DNA of 64,000 nt, taken from NCBI GenBank assembly GCA_902780565.1, contig CACZGD010000014.1, positions 1,977 to 65,976 on the forward strand. The letters run 5' to 3'. The translations under genes were made by a program, and so were the position numbers. Source of the stretch: Oscillospiraceae bacterium (GTDB lineage Bacteria; Bacillota; Clostridia; Oscillospirales; Acutalibacteraceae). Below the pieces are notes generated by a model. It was not told where the DNA came from. It ran no database searches and saw only the letters and a program-made list of their open reading frames with translations. This document shows positions 10,101 through 17,658 of this stretch, in pieces. The stretch's first letter is position 1. Each line of letters starts with the position of its first letter.

Positions 10101-10141
10101 GACCCACCGCATGAAACGGTGGGTCGCTTTATTTGTTTTTT
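10101..10141 (+). terminator. intrinsic terminator ending the glycan operon
   Basis: A perfect 9-bp stem GACCCACCG/CGGTGGGTC (10101..10125) is followed by GCTTTATTTGTTTTTT. Confidence 0.8.
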
Positions 10142-11072
10142 ATGCGCCGAACGCGTTTTTAACGCGCGCGTATTCCTCCTCGCTGATCTCGATGAACCGG
10201 CCGTGCTTGAAGCCGTAGGGGAAGCTGAATTCCGAGTCGGCGCGCCGGAAGCGCGTGTCGCCGGGCGCCGGGGAAACGTAGGGCACGTAGCCCATCTCCT
10301 CCTTCGGGCAGCCGAAGAAATCCAGCATCAGGCACCAGCGTCCGTCCGGCAGCACGTAGGTGGTCGCGCCCTCATACGCCCCGGCGTTCGTGTAATAGCG
10401 CATCACGCGGTCCATTTCACCGTCGTGCGTGAAGGGCCCGTACAGGGACTTTGCGGTCTCGTGCATATTGCCGGAGGGGTCGTTCGCGTTCTTGTAGAAC
10501 AGATGATAGGTATCCCCGACCTTCACGATATGGGAATCGAGGATCTCGTTCTTTTTATCGAAATACAGCTCCGGGGAGGTGAAGGCTTTGAAATCCCTCG
10601 TGCGGCAGGCGTAGATGCTCATGTGCTCGTAATCCGTCTCGCGCACCGTGGAGCCCCAGTGGATCAGATATTCGTCCGACGCGTCGTCATAGAAGACCTC
10701 CGGCGCCCACAGGCAGCCGAAATCCTCCCTCCCGAAAAAGAGGAGGCGCTGGTCGGAGAAATGCACCAGATCCTCGGTCTCCCAGCAGCAGAGGCATTTG
10801 CTGCCGTTGTGGTTGCAGTCCTTCCAGTCCACGTTGTGGCGTTCGTCCATTTTATAGACGATGCAAAGGTCGGTCGCCAGCAGCACGAAGCCGCCCGTCT
10901 TTTTGCGGACGATCTCGATATCCCGGCAGCCGCGGGTCCCGAGGACGGAGCGCAGCACCGGACGCCCGCCGTTGACCGCCTCCCAGTGATACCCGTCCTT
11001 TGACAGCCCGAAGTGGACCTGCTCGCCCTCCGGCGACAGGGATTCCCGGAAATGCACGCTGAGATAGGGCAT
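10140..11072 (-). CDS. glycoside hydrolase family 43-like (5-bladed beta-propeller; arabinofuranosidase/xylosidase-type)
   Basis: 310 aa. It has GCRDIEIV, LWAPEVFYD, DSHIV and AYEGATTY, positioned like the GH43 Asp/Asp/Glu catalytic triad regions. Confidence 0.65.
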   Translation of the reverse strand: MPYLSVHFRESLSPEGEQVHFGLSKDGYHWEAVNGGRPVLRSVLGTRGCRDIEIVRKKTGGFVLLATDLCIVYKMDERHNVDWKDCNHNGSKCLCCWETEDLVHFSDQRLLFFGREDFGCLWAPEVFYDDASDEYLIHWGSTVRETDYEHMSIYACRTRDFKAFTSPELYFDKKNEILDSHIVKVGDTYHLFYKNANDPSGNMHETAKSLYGPFTHDGEMDRVMRYYTNAGAYEGATTYVLPDGRWCLMLDFFGCPKEEMGYVPYVSPAPGDTRFRRADSEFSFPYGFKHGRFIEISEEEYARVKNAFGA

Positions 11073-11082
11073 GGGGACCTCC

Positions 11083-12399
11083 TTATTCCGCTTCTGCGGG
11101 GAATTCGGACACCGGCACCATGGTCTGCATGGTCACGGTCTCCTTGTCATAGACGGACGCGTATTTCTCCTGATAGTAATTCTCCGTCTGACGGGCGTAG
11201 GTCCCGTCCGGCGCAAAGGTCAGCACGGTGCAGCCGCGCTGCGTGCCCTCGCGGTAAATGCCGGGGTAGGCGAGATAGTCCACGCTCATGCCGTAGGTCA
11301 GGTGGACGCCCTTATAGATGATATCGAAGTTGTTGTAGTGGTCGTGCCCGCAGAAAATCAGATCCGTGGAGCCGAGCTTACACACGGTCTCGAACAGGTC
11401 GTCCTCGTGGATGCCGCAGAAGATGACCTTTTTCTCCTCGCCCGCCTCGCCGCTGACGAACTGCACGTTTTCGGTATCCCGGAAGCCGTTGTTCACGTAT
11501 TCATACCACGCGTCCTTGTATTCCACAAGCGGGATATGGAAGAACAGGCTGCTCTTCACCACGCCCGGCACGCCCTTTGCGGCGTTGGCGGCGGTGTAGT
11601 CCGCGACGACCTTCTGATACCACGCCACCTGATTTTCATGGATATTGTCATACTTCCACATCGCGCCGAGGAAGTCGCCGTCGATATAGGAATGGGAGTC
11701 CAGCCCGATCAGGATGCGGGTATACTCGCCCTTTGTGTTCTGGATGCTGATGACCTGATTGCAGCAGCCGTCCACCTCGGCGGGGCCGGGGGTAAACAGG
11801 CAGTGCGGATAAGCTTCATGGTTCTGATAGAATTCCGCCATATCCTCACGCGTGTAGAAGGCGTAAAGCTCCGTGTCGTGGTTGCCGAAGGTGAGCGTCC
11901 AGTACACGCCGAGGCGCTCCATCAGCTCCGCGAACAGCTCGGCGGAGTTTTTGTTGTTCAGGGTGCCCGCCTGGAAGGGGACGGGATATGCCACGTCGCC
12001 GGTCACGATCACAAGGTCCGGCTGTTCCGCCGTGACCATCGCGGCGACGGCGTTGAGCGCCATGGCGTCCTTTTTGGCAGCCATCCAGCCGCCGCCGATA
12101 TGCACGTCGGTCAGCTGCAGGACCTTCAGCGGCCGGTCCGTCACAAAGGAGACGTTGCCGAAGCCGTCCGTCGTGGGGACGAGCTGCGCGTCATAGGGGA
12201 CGGCGGAAAAGCCGTCCAGCTTTTCCCGGTTGCCCTTGTTCGTCACAGCGGAGGCCGCGGCGGAGGCGCCGACCAGCACCGCGCCCAGCACAAGAATGAT
12301 CACGAGCGTTTTGAGAAAGCGATGTCCCTTTTTTTTGCTTTTTTTCCCTTTTTTGGTTTTCTCCTCCGGCTTTTCCTTTGACTTGACGCTCATAGTCAA
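11083..12399 (-). CDS. membrane-anchored metallophosphoesterase (calcineurin-like)
   Basis: 438 aa with a Lys-rich N-terminus plus a TM helix. The motifs are LTDVHIGGG, VTGDVAYP, GNHDTE, FFHIPL and CGHDHYNN. Confidence 0.8.
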   Translation of the reverse strand: MTMSVKSKEKPEEKTKKGKKSKKKGHRFLKTLVIILVLGAVLVGASAAASAVTNKGNREKLDGFSAVPYDAQLVPTTDGFGNVSFVTDRPLKVLQLTDVHIGGGWMAAKKDAMALNAVAAMVTAEQPDLVIVTGDVAYPVPFQAGTLNNKNSAELFAELMERLGVYWTLTFGNHDTELYAFYTREDMAEFYQNHEAYPHCLFTPGPAEVDGCCNQVISIQNTKGEYTRILIGLDSHSYIDGDFLGAMWKYDNIHENQVAWYQKVVADYTAANAAKGVPGVVKSSLFFHIPLVEYKDAWYEYVNNGFRDTENVQFVSGEAGEEKKVIFCGIHEDDLFETVCKLGSTDLIFCGHDHYNNFDIIYKGVHLTYGMSVDYLAYPGIYREGTQRGCTVLTFAPDGTYARQTENYYQEKYASVYDKETVTMQTMVPVSEFPAEAE

Positions 12400-13226
12400 T
12401 CCTCCTTCTCGGGTCCGACGATGAATGTCACCGTGACGCCCGTATTCTCATAAGCTTCCGTTTGAAGCGAATGCACGTTTTGGGGTATTGCGGGGACGAA
12501 CACGAAGCACAGCGTCTCCCCCGCCCGGCGGCTGAGCACGACCCGTTCCGGCGCGCTGGGTAGCTTCTCGGTCAGCAGCGCCTCCAGCGCCGTCCGCTTT
12601 TTTTCACCGAGGCTGTCGGTCAGCAGTCTGCCGCTCGAAACGACATGCCGGACCCCGGAGACCGTGACGATCACGCCGATGACCATGCCGAAGATCGCGT
12701 CGAAGCTCACGCCGCCGACGGACGAGAGCAGCAGCGTAAGGACAGTCATGGCCGTGATCAGCGCGTCCGTCAGGGAATCCGTCCCCACGGCGCGCAGCAC
12801 GCCGGTCCCGTGCCCCCGGTCCAGCCTGCGCAGCAGGAAAAACAGCAGGAGCTTGACGCCGACGGAGGCGATCAGCACCGCGAGATACCCCGCCGTGTAC
12901 CACACCGGCGCGGGATACAGAAAGCGCTCCAGCGCGTTATAGAGAAAAACGAAGCCCGTGCCCGTCACGACCAAGGAAATCAGGAACGTGAACAGCGTCT
13001 CGGTCCGCTCCACGGCGGAGAGCAGCGAGGTCGTTTTCCCGAGCGACAGGAACAGCGCGGCGGCGGTCACGGTGAGGGAGAGGGCGTCCAGCAGGTTATT
13101 GACCCCGTCCGAATAAATGGCGACGGAATTCGAGGCAAGCCCGATATAGAGCTTCACCCCGAACAGCAGGAAATTCACCGGCGCCAGCGCCGCCGTGATG
13201 ATCGCAATCCTGCGGTAAGCGCGCAC
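12396..13226 (-). CDS. cation diffusion facilitator family transporter (short form)
   Basis: 276 aa with six TM segments. It has NSVAIYSDGVNNLLDA and TDSLTDALIT, the Asp-containing TM2/TM5 motifs. It has a GTG start with a GGGAGG SD, and its 3' end overlaps the downstream phosphoesterase start by 4 nt. Confidence 0.6.
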   Translation of the reverse strand: MRAYRRIAIITAALAPVNFLLFGVKLYIGLASNSVAIYSDGVNNLLDALSLTVTAAALFLSLGKTTSLLSAVERTETLFTFLISLVVTGTGFVFLYNALERFLYPAPVWYTAGYLAVLIASVGVKLLLFFLLRRLDRGHGTGVLRAVGTDSLTDALITAMTVLTLLLSSVGGVSFDAIFGMVIGVIVTVSGVRHVVSSGRLLTDSLGEKKRTALEALLTEKLPSAPERVVLSRRAGETLCFVFVPAIPQNVHSLQTEAYENTGVTVTFIVGPEKED

Positions 13227-13255
13227 GCCGTTCGCCTCCCTTTTGATAATAATCT

Positions 13256-13284
13256 ATTTTACAATAAAACCGACAAAAATGCAA
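13256..13284 (-). promoter_or_regulatory. sigma-A type promoter for the CDF/phosphoesterase/GH43 unit
   Basis: The minus strand reads TTGCAT-17 nt-TAAAAT. Confidence 0.45.
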
Positions 13285-13307
13285 CCGGTTTCGGAGAAAT
13301 ATTCGTT

Positions 13308-13341
13308 AAAAAAGACAGCCGACGAAAAATCCGACGGCTGT
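13308..13341 (-). terminator. intrinsic terminator after the SHOCT membrane protein gene
   Basis: The minus strand reads ACAGCCGTCGG-ATTTT-TCGTCGGCTGT (one mismatch) followed by CTTTTTTAA. Confidence 0.65.
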
Positions 13342-13363
13342 TAAGGGTATTTATGCGCGGTTT

Positions 13364-15139
13364 TCACATCCCGATCAGGTCCCTGCGGCGGCGGTCATAT
13401 TCCTCCTGCGTGATCGTGCCGTCGAGCAGGAGCTTTTGCAGCATCCGGAGCTGTCCCTGCGCCTGCGGGGACAGGACCACGGCGGAGGTACCGTCTTCGG
13501 ACAGGGCGTTCGAGATCGCGGAACGCAGATGCTCCTCCGGCGCGGCGGTAATCAGGGGATCCGGCTGTATGGGATCGTTCATCGAAACCGGCGCGGCGGA
13601 AGCGTCCTGCGGGGCGTAGGACTCCTGCTGCGGCGCGGGCTGCAACACAGGTTCCGGCTGCTGCCAGCCTGTGGATTCCGGCTGCTGCCAGTCAGTGGGT
13701 TCCGGCTGCTGCCAGCCTGTGGGTTCCGGCTGCTGCCAGACGGGGTAGCCCCCGGCGGCAGGGCTGAAGGCGGCAGCGGCTGCCTTCTTTTTCTTTTTGC
13801 CGCGCGTGACCAGCAGCACGACCGCGATCACGGCGATCAGCACGACTGCGCCGACGATGAGCAGAATCAGAAGAGGCGACCGGTTCCCTTCATCCGTTTT
13901 TCCGCTGCTGTCACGATCTTCGTCGGGGATCAGACTGCCCGGCGCCTCGGTCCCGGTGGATGACGCTTCAGGCTCCCCGGCTGCAACGTCGCCGATTTTA
14001 ACGGTGTTCAGCAGAGCTTCAAACTCCGCGTAATTTGCATCCCCTTCCGTGCCGATATACTCGAATATATACATCCAGCCGTTTTCCGCGTGGATGAGAT
14101 AGGTCATCGTGAACATCCCGGTAAATGAGTCGCTGCCCAGCACCTTGTCTGCGGGAGCCTCGCCGAAATAATAGTGCGTCCCGTTATAGGTCCGGTCGTA
14201 AATGTCGCTCCCGGTCATCCCGATGGTCTCCGCGATCTCCGCTTTATCGATGAGGGAATCGTTCACGTCCGCGCGCGTGATCCCAACGCGCTCTGCCGGA
14301 GACATGCTTTCCCACACGTCCGTAAACCCGCACATGATGATCTTGAGGCTGTTGTCGGCGCGCACAAATTTCGCGTCCAGAAACTCCCTGTCCTCATCCA
14401 ATTCATTTGAGATCCAGCCAGCGGGGACTGTAAAGGAGATCTTCGCTTCCTTATCCGTATATACAAAGGCAGGCGCGTTGCTGACTGTCGGCGCCTCGGT
14501 AGCCGATTCCGTTTCCGCTTCGGTAGCCGCTTCGGTTTCTTCAGCCGGGGCAGCCGCCCCGAATTTGATGCTTTTTACCACATTCAAAAGCGTCTCTTCC
14601 TGATCGGAAGTAATCTCCCCCGCGAAATTATGTATCGTGAAATTGCAGGTCCTATGGTTGACGATCGTGGTATACTGCATCCCATATGACCCCATTTTTG
14701 TATTGTGGACAGAGAAGACGAGATATTTCCCGTCGTTCACAGTCCGGATCTCATGCGACAGGACCTCCACGTTATACTCGGAGAATTGCGTGTACATGGA
14801 TTTGGCAAGGAAGTCGAGCATGGCGTCGCTGATGGAAGAGATCGATTCAACCGGGTTTTCCACCATGGTGAACACAATTTCCGTGCTGAGAGGGAATGTG
14901 AGCGCGTCGGCGTAGATATGCCCCGACTCCAGATTCTGCAGCAACGAGCTTGCGGAAACGCCCAGGAGCGCAAAGATCGGATCGTCAGCAGGCGTATTCC
15001 GCAGGATCACGTGGTATTCCTCCGGGAAGGTCAGCGAGAGCTCGGCCTCCTCCACATACACCGTGGTATCCGCAAACGCGAACGGACACGCAGCGGCCAG
15101 CAGCAGGGCGGTCAGCAGCAGGCAAACAAGCTTTTTCAT
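13364..15139 (-). CDS. single-pass membrane protein: signal peptide, two related extracytoplasmic domains, TM helix, WQQPEP repeats, C-terminal SHOCT domain
   Basis: 591 aa with signal peptide MKKLVCLLLTALLLAAACPFAFA. The TM helix LLILLIVGAVVLIAVIAVVLLV is followed by KKKKK. The C-terminal LQKLLLDGTITQEEYDRRRRDLIGM fits the SHOCT short C-terminal domain. Confidence 0.6.
   Translation of the reverse strand: MKKLVCLLLTALLLAAACPFAFADTTVYVEEAELSLTFPEEYHVILRNTPADDPIFALLGVSASSLLQNLESGHIYADALTFPLSTEIVFTMVENPVESISSISDAMLDFLAKSMYTQFSEYNVEVLSHEIRTVNDGKYLVFSVHNTKMGSYGMQYTTIVNHRTCNFTIHNFAGEITSDQEETLLNVVKSIKFGAAAPAEETEAATEAETESATEAPTVSNAPAFVYTDKEAKISFTVPAGWISNELDEDREFLDAKFVRADNSLKIIMCGFTDVWESMSPAERVGITRADVNDSLIDKAEIAETIGMTGSDIYDRTYNGTHYYFGEAPADKVLGSDSFTGMFTMTYLIHAENGWMYIFEYIGTEGDANYAEFEALLNTVKIGDVAAGEPEASSTGTEAPGSLIPDEDRDSSGKTDEGNRSPLLILLIVGAVVLIAVIAVVLLVTRGKKKKKAAAAAFSPAAGGYPVWQQPEPTGWQQPEPTDWQQPESTGWQQPEPVLQPAPQQESYAPQDASAAPVSMNDPIQPDPLITAAPEEHLRSAISNALSEDGTSAVVLSPQAQGQLRMLQKLLLDGTITQEEYDRRRRDLIGM
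13650..13741 (-). repeat. in-frame 24-bp tandem repeat, about 3.8 copies
   Basis: GGTTCCGGCTGCTGCCAGCCTGTG repeats at 13650, 13674 and 13698, with a partial copy at 13722. It encodes (T/S)GWQQPEP units. Confidence 0.9.
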
Positions 15140-15176
15140 ACAGGAACCTCTTTTCTTTCGGGATCGTTGTCACCAG

Positions 15177-17642
15177 TCAGGGACAAAGCGGGCAGATCTG
15201 CACGCTTTGCAGCGTGGGGGAAACGGGGAGCTTGCCGTTGAAGGTCACTTCGCCGTCGTTCGTCAGGGTCACGGCGTTTTCCCCGGCGGCAAGCGGAAGA
15301 TACACGGTCGCGGTGGCAAAGGTCTCGTCGCTGTAGGTGCTGCGGCACCAGACGCGCGTCGAAGTTCCCCCGGCAGTGAGGGTGAAATAGGCCTCGATCA
15401 GGTCCACGTTATAGTCGTGCGCGCCGCCCTCCTGATTGTTGGCATAGGTCAGCGTGAAGGCGTACGTCCCGGCCTTCGGCGCGGTGACGGTAAACGCGGC
15501 GGCGCCGCCCTCCCCGGTGATCCCGACGAGTCGCCCGTCCTCGACCCGGCAGCCGGTCAGCGTCATGGCGTTCGGCAGCACGGTGATAGGCTCTGCCCCC
15601 GCCGTCCGTTCGGCGGCAAGCGCGTCGCCGCCCGTCGTTTCGATCATGTTGAGCCCCTGCCGGAGATAAACGGTCCTGCCCTGCGCCGCCGCGCCGTTGA
15701 CCGTGAGCGCAGCCGCGTTCGTCGTGAGCGCGTAATATCCGTTTTCGGGCGCGACGGCCAGAAACGCGCCGCCGTGCGGCGAAGATCGGTCGGCGTCTTT
15801 CAGGACCGCGATCGGTCCCGTCGGCGCCGCCCGCTGCACAAGGACGCTGTCCAGCACGAAGGTGCCGGAATCATGCGTGAAAACCAGCGTGTTTTCGCCC
15901 TTTTTCAGGTCCGCCGTCAGGCGCAGCACGTCCGTATATTCGCTTTTGATAGTGTTTGGCAGCGAAAGGGTCCGTTCTTCGCCGTTGACGCGGAGCGTCG
16001 CCTTCCCGGTCACGCGGCCCCCGGCGCCCCCGAGGTCGTTATGCTTGCCGTAGATCACCGAAAGCAGGTACTGCCCCGCCGCCGGAACCTTCACGGTCAG
16101 CCTGACGCCGTCGCCCGGGGCTTCCATGCCGCCGACCATGCCCTGCGCCTCGCCGGTCGTGGCGTAGGCGGAATCGTAGGTATAGGCGTTCCCGAGCAGC
16201 TCGCCGCGCTCGGCCTCAACCCGCACGGGCAGATTGTCGTTCACGACGGCCCGCTCGCCCGTTGCGGGTGTGATCTCGATGTGATAGACCGCGTCCGGGT
16301 CGGCGGTCGGGAGCTTGACCGTGAGGGTGTTCCCCAGCACGTTCATATCGCGCTCGAACAGCAGCGTGGGGGCGAAGACCTTGCCGGTGAGCCCCTGAAA
16401 CGCCGTGCTTTCGACCTTGACGCGCACCTTTTTGCCGAGGGCGGTCGCGTCCATGTTTTTGATTTTGATCTGATAGCCGTAGTCCGCGCCGCCGGTGAGG
16501 ATGGAAATGCGATCCTTTCCGTCGGCGATCGACCCGAGGGCGTTCAGATGCTTATGCCGGGCGGCGCGTCCCTCCCGCACGGCCTTGCCGAAATCCTCGT
16601 GCATCAGGTCGTGGATGGACTTGTCCATCCGGCTGCCGTCCATGTCCGCATACCAGCGGTAGAGCCACCAGCAGGCGTTCGGGGAGACCCCGTCCGCGGA
16701 GTTGTCGTTCAGGTTATCGGAGAGTCGCCAATAGGCGATGTTGCCCCACGCGCCGGTCTCCTCGATCTGATAGATATAGCGGAACATCCTCGCGGGGTTG
16801 CCGCACTCCTCCATCGTGCCGTATTCGGTCACGATCACGGGCAGGGGACCGATCCCGAGCCGCTGCTCCAACGCCCGGTACTCCGCCATGTGCAGGTCCC
16901 ACTCCTCGGCGCTTTTTTCGCCGAGCTCGTGCCAGATCATCACATCCGGCACGCAGTCGTTTTTGACACAGAAGGTGAGAAAGGGCTCCTCCTTCCACAG
17001 GGCATAGTCGCAATAGCCGGGGCCGCCGAATTTTGCGGACGGATCCAAAGAACGGATGCGTTCAACCGTCAGCTTCCAGGCTTCGTAAAAGGTCTGCTGC
17101 CCCTGCTCGTCAAAGGCGGTCCAGCTATCGTCCGTCCACGTGCCGAACCAGAGCCCGTTATCACACTCGTTGAAGGGACAGTAGACGAGCCGGTCGGCGT
17201 AGTCCTTCGTCCGCAGGGCGCTGACGCGCGCGTCCACCCGGGGGAAGAAATCCCGCCGCAGGTAGTCCATGGGGTCCCAGGTCCCGGCCCTGCGCGCCGC
17301 AAGGATGGCCTCATGATCGTAATACCACGTGTCGTAGGCGTCCTGCAGATAAACGACGAGCCAGTCCGCGTTTTTGAGGTTCGCGGCGACGTGGTCGATA
17401 TCCCCGATCGGGTGCTGCAGGCCGTCGATCACCTTTTGAGAGACGGAGGACACGTCCAGACTTTCCACCATCAGCGCGTCCGGCACGTTTTCCTCCGCGA
17501 GCCCGTAGAGATGTCCCGACGCGCGCGACGAGACAGGCGCCACGGCGACGGACGCGTCAAACACCACGGTCGGGACAAAGCCGAACCGGAAGGACCCGAA
17601 AAACAGGGAGAGGATCGCCGCAATGGAAGCAAATACTTTCAT
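15177..17642 (-). CDS. secreted glycoside hydrolase, TIM-barrel (clan GH-A-like) catalytic domain plus C-terminal carbohydrate-binding-module-like beta-sandwich repeats
   Basis: 821 aa with an N-terminal hydrophobic signal. The candidate acid/base is FNECDNG and the candidate nucleophile is VIVTEYG. Downstream, VEAERGELLGNAY...GDGVRLTVKVPAAGQYLL looks CBM6/35-like. Family assignment is not possible by eye. Confidence 0.5.
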   Translation of the reverse strand: MKVFASIAAILSLFFGSFRFGFVPTVVFDASVAVAPVSSRASGHLYGLAEENVPDALMVESLDVSSVSQKVIDGLQHPIGDIDHVAANLKNADWLVVYLQDAYDTWYYDHEAILAARRAGTWDPMDYLRRDFFPRVDARVSALRTKDYADRLVYCPFNECDNGLWFGTWTDDSWTAFDEQGQQTFYEAWKLTVERIRSLDPSAKFGGPGYCDYALWKEEPFLTFCVKNDCVPDVMIWHELGEKSAEEWDLHMAEYRALEQRLGIGPLPVIVTEYGTMEECGNPARMFRYIYQIEETGAWGNIAYWRLSDNLNDNSADGVSPNACWWLYRWYADMDGSRMDKSIHDLMHEDFGKAVREGRAARHKHLNALGSIADGKDRISILTGGADYGYQIKIKNMDATALGKKVRVKVESTAFQGLTGKVFAPTLLFERDMNVLGNTLTVKLPTADPDAVYHIEITPATGERAVVNDNLPVRVEAERGELLGNAYTYDSAYATTGEAQGMVGGMEAPGDGVRLTVKVPAAGQYLLSVIYGKHNDLGGAGGRVTGKATLRVNGEERTLSLPNTIKSEYTDVLRLTADLKKGENTLVFTHDSGTFVLDSVLVQRAAPTGPIAVLKDADRSSPHGGAFLAVAPENGYYALTTNAAALTVNGAAAQGRTVYLRQGLNMIETTGGDALAAERTAGAEPITVLPNAMTLTGCRVEDGRLVGITGEGGAAAFTVTAPKAGTYAFTLTYANNQEGGAHDYNVDLIEAYFTLTAGGTSTRVWCRSTYSDETFATATVYLPLAAGENAVTLTNDGEVTFNGKLPVSPTLQSVQICPLCP

Positions 17643-17658
17643 ACTGCCCTCCTGCCGC

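Noticed and set aside
13650-13741. Tandem direct repeats (24 bp x 3.8 here; 18 bp x 5.5 at 44538..44636) considered as possible CRISPR or minisatellite elements.
   Set aside because: There are no unique spacers between the copies. The units are multiples of 3 and lie in frame inside ORFs, encoding WQQPEP and SEPTDP linkers. They are coding repeats, not CRISPR.
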